DNA from: a virus
Taxonomy: Duplodnaviria > Caudoviricetes
Strand: one strand, 5' to 3'
IMG/VR virus record: IMGVR_UViG_3300037310_000082
Coordinates: 1 to 35,500 of that record
DNA: 35,500 bases
Part shown: piece after piece, positions 1 to 5,064 of the stretch
Position numbering within the stretch: the first letter of the stretch is position 1
Layout: the number at the start of each line of letters is the position of its first letter
Notes under the pieces: generated by a model
Told to the model about the DNA's origin: nothing
The model's input: the letters and a program-made list of their open reading frames with translations, nothing else
The model's database searches: none
Made by a program: the position numbers and the translations under genes

Positions 1-7
1 GGGTAGG

Positions 8-409
8 TTGCGCGAGCCGCTGACATTGCGAGACTACTTTGCGGCGCAGGCGCCCGATGACATCCCCGACTGGTTCGTTATCGACGCTGACGAGCCGCTT
101 CTTCCGATGGTTCTCTCGACTAGCGCCGCACTCAACATGCAGCCGGGATACGCCGACCTGAGCGAGACGTTGAAGAAAGAACTGCGCGAATGGATGAATG
201 ACTGCTCGTGGGAATTGGACGAGCCTAATCAATCCACTATCGGCCGGGCCGCTCTGCGGGCTATCAAGGAAAGCGCTGACGCCCGAGACAGTGAGCGGCG
301 CGCCCGCAAAGAACGGCGCTACTTTGCTTGGCGCTGGTACTACGCAGACGCCATGCTGGCGCTGCGCTCAAACAACATCAACGAAGACAAGAAAGGAACT
401 GGCACTTGA
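8..409 (+). CDS. Phage hypothetical protein (LRDYFAA...Y..ADAML family), probably 5'-truncated by the window edge
   Basis: Motifs TLRDYFAAQA and YYADAMLALR recur in phage early proteins. The frame is open to the window start, and the stop overlaps the next TTG (TTGA 406-409). Confidence 0.7.
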   Translation: MREPLTLRDYFAAQAPDDIPDWFVIDADEPLLPMVLSTSAALNMQPGYADLSETLKKELREWMNDCSWELDEPNQSTIGRAALRAIKESADARDSERRARKERRYFAWRWYYADAMLALRSNNINEDKKGTGT

Positions 410-792
410 ACATTTGTGAAGACGTTTCCACGGCAGGCAACAAGTTGACCGCTGCGTGTCACGGGGCAGCCTTGCGCGCCGGCTGGTGGCATCGGCCCGA
501 TGGCAGCGACACGCGAGACAACCCGCTCACGTTCTCGAACAAGCTCATGCTGATTGTCAGCGAGGTCGCCGAAGCGATGGAGGGCGACCGCAAAAGCCTC
601 AAGGACGACAAACTGCCTCACCGTGACATGCGCGAGGTCGAGTTGGCAGACGCGGCCATCCGCATCTTCGATTTGGCCGGTGCCTACGGCTACAGCCTAG
701 GAAGCGCCATCGCCGAGAAGATGGCATTCAACGCGCATCGCGCAGATCACAAGCCGGAAGCGCGCGCTGCAGCCGGCGGAAAGGCGTACTGA
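406..792 (+). CDS. MazG-like all-alpha nucleotide pyrophosphohydrolase
   Basis: ExxE...ExxD pattern (SEVAEAMEG...EVELADAAIRIFDL) and C-terminal KMAFNAHRADH. Start placed at TTG 406 (AAGGA at 393-397, TTGA overlap) rather than 328. Confidence 0.8.
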   Translation: MNICEDVSTAGNKLTAACHGAALRAGWWHRPDGSDTRDNPLTFSNKLMLIVSEVAEAMEGDRKSLKDDKLPHRDMREVELADAAIRIFDLAGAYGYSLGSAIAEKMAFNAHRADHKPEARAAAGGKAY

Positions 793-1250
793 TGATTACC
801 CTGTTTGGCTACGCTCGCCTGGGCCGCGATGCAGAGCTTCGATACACCACGAACAACGATCCAGTGATGAACCTGTCGCTGGCTTTTAACTACGGTCGCA
901 AAGACGAGAGCGGCAAGAAGCCGGTGCAGTGGATTGATGCGAGCCTATGGGGCCAGCGCGCCGAAGCGCTGGCTGAGTACATGCTCAAGGGGCAGGGGCT
1001 TGTCGTCACGCTCGAAGACTTGCACATCGAGCAGTTCAAGGCGCGCGACGGCACACCAGGCAGCAAACTTGTCGGCCGCGTGAGCACCATTGAGTTTGCT
1101 GGCGGCCAGCCGCAGCAACAGGGCGCAGCGCCTGCACCAGCACCGCGCAACAGCAACAGCTACGCCGACGCCAAGAGCGGCAGGGCGCAGCCGCCAAAGC
1201 AGAAAACCGGATCGGGCTTCGACGACATGGACGACGACATCCCTTTCTAG
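792..1250 (+). CDS. ssb: Single-stranded DNA-binding protein
   Basis: OB-fold start (ARLGRDAELRYT), Gly/Gln/Pro linker and acidic tail DDMDDDIPF. TGATG overlap with the upstream gene. Confidence 0.95.
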   Translation: MITLFGYARLGRDAELRYTTNNDPVMNLSLAFNYGRKDESGKKPVQWIDASLWGQRAEALAEYMLKGQGLVVTLEDLHIEQFKARDGTPGSKLVGRVSTIEFAGGQPQQQGAAPAPAPRNSNSYADAKSGRAQPPKQKTGSGFDDMDDDIPF

Positions 1251-1793
1251 ATGACCATGAACCACACCGTTGAATCCATCCTTGGACGCTGCATCGAAGA
1301 AGGCGACTGCATGATCTGGACTGGCGCCACCACAAGCGGGAAAAGCCCTCTGCCGCTGGTGTCAGATCCACAGCGCCAGAACCGAGTGCGCCACGCGCGG
1401 CCGATGCTGTTTACCATGCTTGGCATGAAGCGGCCCAAGAACAAGCCGCTGACCATCGTGTCGTGCTGGAACTCGCTTTGTCTGTCGCCGAAGCACATGA
1501 AAGCGGCGAGCAAGTTCGAAGTTATTTCTGGTGCCGTGAGCGCTGGGCGCTATCCGATAAACCCGGCGCGCGAGGCGCGTCGCCGCGAGGTCGCGCGCGC
1601 GGCCGCGAAACTGAGCATGGACAAGGCGCGTGAGATTCGGCGCCGGTACTTTGCCGGTGAATCAACCATGGCCGCGCTTGCCGCGGACTACGGCGTTCAC
1701 TGCTCTTTGGTCAGCAAGATCATTCACAACAAAGCGTGGCTTGAAACAGCTGCCAACGCCAGCGTTTTCAACTACCGCGGCACCGCCGCATGA
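1251..1793 (+). CDS. Degenerate HNH-like domain plus C-terminal helix-turn-helix
   Basis: GDCMIWTGA...SCWNSLCLSPKHM resembles phage HNH CW.W.G...HxCxNxxCVNPxHL. The C-terminus AKLSMDKAREIR...LAADYGVHCSLVSKIIHNKAW is the usual HTH tail of these proteins. Confidence 0.7.
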   Translation: MTMNHTVESILGRCIEEGDCMIWTGATTSGKSPLPLVSDPQRQNRVRHARPMLFTMLGMKRPKNKPLTIVSCWNSLCLSPKHMKAASKFEVISGAVSAGRYPINPAREARRREVARAAAKLSMDKAREIRRRYFAGESTMAALAADYGVHCSLVSKIIHNKAWLETAANASVFNYRGTAA

Positions 1794-1812
1794 AAGGAGT
1801 CCCTTGAACACC

Positions 1813-2085
1813 ATGACCCTACCCAAGATCACCGGCTACCGCCAGCTTACCGAGGCCGAGGCCGCGCTCATCAACGAGGTCAAGGCCCACGCCGAAGCCA
1901 CGCGCGATCTGGTCAACCGTGTTGACCACTTCCTTGACAATCGAAGCCGCGATCCTCTGCCAGAAGGACACGCGCCACACTCTGTTGTTACCGAGCCGAT
2001 GCGCTGGCTGGCGATGGGTCGCGCCGACCTGCAAACCGGGTTCATGAAGATCACTCGCGCGATTGAGCAACCCACCACGTTCTAA
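1813..2085 (+). CDS. acb2: Acb2-family cyclic-oligonucleotide sponge (anti-CBASS)
   Basis: KITGYRQLT...INEVK...RWLAMGRADLQTGFMKITRAIEQPTTF matches the Acb2/Vs.4 pattern (KIxGYRxL, NxxK, RWLAIGKTDxQTGxMxxxRAIAQPxxF). AAGGAG at 1794-1799; start is ATG 1813 or TTG 1804. Confidence 0.88.
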   Translation: MTLPKITGYRQLTEAEAALINEVKAHAEATRDLVNRVDHFLDNRSRDPLPEGHAPHSVVTEPMRWLAMGRADLQTGFMKITRAIEQPTTF

Positions 2086-2097
2086 GGAAAGACCGAT

Positions 2098-2178
2098 ATG
2101 GCAAGACGATCGTTTCCAGACATCGTGCGCGACGTGCGCGGCGTTGGCGTGTTGATCCTGCTGGGGAGCCCGGAATGA
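2098..2178 (+). CDS. 26-aa mini-ORF MARRSFPDIVRDVRGVGVLILLGSPE
   Basis: TAAGGA upstream. It fills the gap between acb2 and the next gene, and its stop overlaps the next start (ATGA 2175-2178). Confidence 0.5.
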   Translation: MARRSFPDIVRDVRGVGVLILLGSPE

Positions 2179-2606
2179 CGCCCGCGGATCTGGCCGCACG
2201 GCTGCAAGGCCGCGCCTACGGCAGCGAAATGACGCTGGCCGAAGAAGCCGATGCGAAGGCCGCGGGCCTCGTTGTTGTGTTTGGCTACTCCGACGACAAC
2301 GCGGAACTGCGTGGCGCGATCTATGATGAAGTTGCCGCTTGGCGCGGCACGACGTTCCGCGTTAACGCTGACGGCTTGGTGCCAACATGGCCGCATGACG
2401 GTTACCTCGACGAAAGCGAGGCTGCGGCGTATTTCGACAAACTGCGCGCCGGCTTCAAGACGATCGAGGCACTGTGGGATGTCGGCGGCGGAGAGCCGTT
2501 GTGGACGTACAAGACCGACATACCGCACTCGGCGTTCATCGTCACTGACGAGGGAGAGCCGTTCTGCCGCGGCATCGTGTTTCGGCTTGAGGACGCGCGG
2601 CCGTGA
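2175..2606 (+). CDS. Conserved phage hypothetical protein
   Basis: LVVVFGYSDDNAELRGAIYDE and WTYKTDIPH..F...EGEPFCRGIVF are motifs of a widespread phage/prophage family of unknown function. Coupled by overlaps on both sides. Confidence 0.8.
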   Translation: MTPADLAARLQGRAYGSEMTLAEEADAKAAGLVVVFGYSDDNAELRGAIYDEVAAWRGTTFRVNADGLVPTWPHDGYLDESEAAAYFDKLRAGFKTIEALWDVGGGEPLWTYKTDIPHSAFIVTDEGEPFCRGIVFRLEDARP

Positions 2607-3046
2607 ACGAGCGCCTCAACTCTGTCACCACCGGCACTGTTGGCATCCTCAACGTCGGCGATGGAGACACCAAGCTGTCGTTTGACCCGAAGAACCCTGC
2701 CGAACGCATCCGAGCGGCGCGCATCGTGAAAGACATGATCCGCCGAGGCTATGCCCTGCTCATCGAGACAAAGGTTAAAGGCAAGCCGGTGTTTACACGC
2801 GCGCTCGATTTTGACGAGAACGTGTGCGAGTACGTCATCGCCGACTTTGACCCTGTGCAAGCCCGACAGGCCGACAACATTGAGGACAACATCCGTGCCC
2901 AAGAACAAGCAGAAGCTCAAGCGGACGCTGCGGCAGCAGATCCTGCGCCAAATGCGCCGAAGCGACGCGGCCGACCGCCAGGCAAGAAATTTGTCAAGGC
3001 TGAGTCAGTCCGCGCCGTCGCTGTGGCACGCAGCGCCGGAGGATGA
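2603..3046 (+). CDS. Hypothetical protein ending in C-terminal Gly-Gly (candidate ubiquitin-like modifier)
   Basis: GTG start with GAGGA at 2589-2593. Ends AGC GCC GGA GGA TGA (AVAVARSAGG-stop). Confidence 0.8.
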   Translation: MNERLNSVTTGTVGILNVGDGDTKLSFDPKNPAERIRAARIVKDMIRRGYALLIETKVKGKPVFTRALDFDENVCEYVIADFDPVQARQADNIEDNIRAQEQAEAQADAAAADPAPNAPKRRGRPPGKKFVKAESVRAVAVARSAGG

Positions 3047-3746
3047 GCGCGCCGCGCTTGAAGCGCATGACACGCACGCGGGGCTGCGCAACGCACTACG
3101 CCGCGTCGCCGCCGACCGCTCCGAATGGGCTGGTATTCCGATGCCGCTTGAAAGCGAGCGGCTTGTCATAGAGCCCGCTTACCCGAACGCCGCGGGCCTC
3201 ATGGCAATCGGCGCCAATCCGGAACCCGAAGGGCCGCCCAAATTTAAGGTGCGCAACGAGTTCAACTCGACGCGTTGGCGCTGCGACATCGTGGTGTTTG
3301 AGGAACACGACGGACGCATACGCCACGGCAAGGTGCCGGCGATTCATCACCTGACACAAGACCTACGCACGCTGGGCTGTGCAGACGCATGGGGCGTTGA
3401 GCAGGAAAGCGCAGCGCTTGACCTGTTGGCTTCGATGGTGCAGCACCGACAGTTCAGGCAGTACCTGCTGACCGGAATGTTCATCGAGTCAAGTCCACGC
3501 AGCGGCGTAACTTACTTGTTCCGCCGGCTCAAGCCCACGGTTGCGATGCACGCGGTCAAGGGCAATATGCGCGTGCTCTGCGCGCTGTGCTTGCACCCGA
3601 TTGCCTACTACAGCGGCTCTTGGGCCGGAGCGATGACGCCGACTGATGATGTGGTGGCGCATCTGTCGCTGATGCGCGGCGACGAGCCGATGTTTTGGCG
3701 TCGCGCCAACCAGCACGCGGCGTATCGACCGGAGGCTGGGCTGTGA
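2895..3746 (+). CDS. Hypothetical protein with LCLHP / PTDD / DE.xFW..AN motifs (partner of the diGly protein)
   Basis: Open frame with GC-rich third positions. The best start is GTG 2895 (GAGGA at 2882-2886), overlapping the upstream gene by 152 nt; alternatives are ATG 2952 and 3141. Confidence 0.75.
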   Translation: MPKNKQKLKRTLRQQILRQMRRSDAADRQARNLSRLSQSAPSLWHAAPEDERAALEAHDTHAGLRNALRRVAADRSEWAGIPMPLESERLVIEPAYPNAAGLMAIGANPEPEGPPKFKVRNEFNSTRWRCDIVVFEEHDGRIRHGKVPAIHHLTQDLRTLGCADAWGVEQESAALDLLASMVQHRQFRQYLLTGMFIESSPRSGVTYLFRRLKPTVAMHAVKGNMRVLCALCLHPIAYYSGSWAGAMTPTDDVVAHLSLMRGDEPMFWRRANQHAAYRPEAGL

Positions 3747-3808
3747 GCACCATCTCACTGAGCTTCTATCTTGTCGTTGGCCAGGCGCCGCAGGAGGTTT
3801 GGTTTTGA
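3743..3808 (+). CDS. 21-aa mini-ORF MSTISLSFYLVVGQAPQEVWF
   Basis: GGAGG at 3731-3735, GTGA overlap with the upstream stop and TTGA overlap with the downstream start. Confidence 0.5.
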   Translation: MSTISLSFYLVVGQAPQEVWF

Positions 3809-4359
3809 CTGTAATTGCCTGGGATGGAAAGACGCTTGCGGCCGACAAGGCGGCGACGTGGGTCGGCTTTCAAAACACCGTCACCAAGATCTACCGCGTA
3901 CCCGGCGGGCTGGTAGGGCTGTGTGGCGACAGCGATCGAGCGCTTGAACTGCTTGCGTGGTTTCGGGCCGGCAGAGACGTTGGCGCTTGGCCGCGAGACG
4001 GCCAGAACAGGGACGATCGCGGCGCCGCTGTGTTCATCGACGAGGCCGGTCGATGTTTCAGCTACGAAAAGACGCCCTACCCACAACACAACGAGCAGGC
4101 GTTCTACGCCATCGGCTCGGGCCGCGACTACGCGCTTGCGGCGATGCACCTGGGCCACGATGCGCGCAAGGCTGTTGAGGTCGCATGCGCGCTCGACAAC
4201 TGTTGCGGCCGCGGCATCGACACGTTGACCCTGTACACAAAGAAGCGGCAGCCGGCGCGCGCGGCCGGCGGTAACGCGCGCGCAGCGGCGCTTACGCCAC
4301 AGCGCCGAAGGGATATTGCCGCGAAGGCGGCAGCAACAAGATGGAAGAGCCGACCATGA
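3805..4359 (+). CDS. Proteasome-beta/HslV-like Ntn-hydrolase peptidase with a basic C-terminal extension
   Basis: (M)TVIAWDGKTLAAD, TKI, GLCGD, YAIGSG and AVEVACALD..GRG. AGGAGG at 3792-3797 lies 7 nt before TTG 3805, which would expose Thr at the N-terminus. Confidence 0.85.
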   Translation: MTVIAWDGKTLAADKAATWVGFQNTVTKIYRVPGGLVGLCGDSDRALELLAWFRAGRDVGAWPRDGQNRDDRGAAVFIDEAGRCFSYEKTPYPQHNEQAFYAIGSGRDYALAAMHLGHDARKAVEVACALDNCCGRGIDTLTLYTKKRQPARAAGGNARAAALTPQRRRDIAAKAAATRWKSRP

Positions 4360-4550
4360 CCACAGACATGATCGACCGCGACTACATCGCCAAGAAGCTC
4401 GACATTAGCAAGGAGGTGCTTCGCAAGACAGTCGAGGTTCGGCCAGACTTCCCCAAGCCGGCGCTGCGGCTGTCGCGCAAGACGGTGCGCTGGAACCGCT
4501 CTGACTTCGAACTGTGGCTGCAGAGGCAGGCGCAACAGGAGAAAGCGTGA
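4356..4550 (+). CDS. AlpA/excisionase-like winged-HTH protein
   Basis: IAKKLDIS...PDFPKPALRLSRKTVRWNRSDFELWL. ATGA overlap at 4356-4359. Confidence 0.8.
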   Translation: MTTDMIDRDYIAKKLDISKEVLRKTVEVRPDFPKPALRLSRKTVRWNRSDFELWLQRQAQQEKA

Positions 4551-4594
4551 TGCTGTCGGGCGGTGGCACCAGTGCATAGAGGAAAAAAAGCCTA

Positions 4595-4624
4595 TTGCGG
4601 AAAATCAGCGGGATATGCAACAAT
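4595..4624 (+). promoter_or_regulatory. Putative sigma70 promoter
   Basis: A-tract 4583-4589, TTGCGG 4595-4600, 18-nt spacer, then TGc-AACAAT (extended -10-like) at 4616-4624. Confidence 0.45.
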
Positions 4625-4630
4625 TCATCC

Positions 4631-4765
4631 ACGTCAAGAGGCCGAACAACAGCCCACGAACCTTCGCGGCACATGGGTTCGACTGCAGGCCAGCAGTCGG
4701 ATGGTAAAAGGCAAGCCGCCGGCACCTAGACAGAAACGCCCACTTCGGTGGGCGTTTCGCTTTGT
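4631..4765 (+). ncRNA. Candidate small structured RNA (about 130 nt)
   Basis: Lies between the putative promoter and a strong terminator, contains hairpin CGACTGC/GCAGTCG (4680-4699) and has no convincing ORF. Confidence 0.35.
4733..4765 (+). terminator. Intrinsic terminator hairpin
   Basis: Perfect 11-bp stem GAAACGCCCAC/GTGGGCGTTTC with a C(UUCG)G loop, followed by GCTTTG. Confidence 0.8.
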
Positions 4766-4836
4766 GGTGGTTTTGATCTTGAGGGGCGGCAACCCTTGCT
4801 TCCTTGCAACCCTGCGTAGTAGCGCACAATCGAGCC

Positions 4837-5064
4837 GTGCGCGCCCTTGCCGTCTTCCTGTTCCTCGCTGGCCTGGCCTGCTTCGCGCAGCCGTGGCTCG
4901 TGCCGCTGGGCGCGGGCGGGGTCATCGGCGGCGCTTTCCTGTTCGACCGCGCGGAGCGCGCCGGCCCGAGCAGCTTCGAGGCGCTGCTCGGGGCTGGCGT
5001 GATCCTGCTGGCCGCCGCCGGAGCGGTGGCTGTGGTCTTCGGCCTGGCTACTGCGCCTGCCTGA
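4837..5064 (+). CDS. Small membrane protein (75 aa, two or three TM segments), possibly from a leaderless mRNA
   Basis: Highly hydrophobic (MRALAVFLFLAGLACF...LLGAGVILLAAAGAVAVVFGL) with GC3-rich codons. CACAAT at 4825-4830 sits just upstream of the GTG. It is convergent with, and overlaps, the end of the 2569-aa gene. Confidence 0.6.
   Translation: MRALAVFLFLAGLACFAQPWLVPLGAGGVIGGAFLFDRAERAGPSSFEALLGAGVILLAAAGAVAVVFGLATAPA

Noticed and set aside
3038-3046. The terminal Gly-Gly might be only a by-product of a GGAGGA Shine-Dalgarno sequence
   Set aside because: No start codon in the partner frame lies 5-10 nt downstream, and ATG 3043 opens only a short out-of-frame ORF. A conservation check is still needed.
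4670-4700. GGTTCGA resembling a tRNA T-loop or an attP tRNA fragment
   Set aside because: No T-stem pairing, acceptor stem or cloverleaf can be built.
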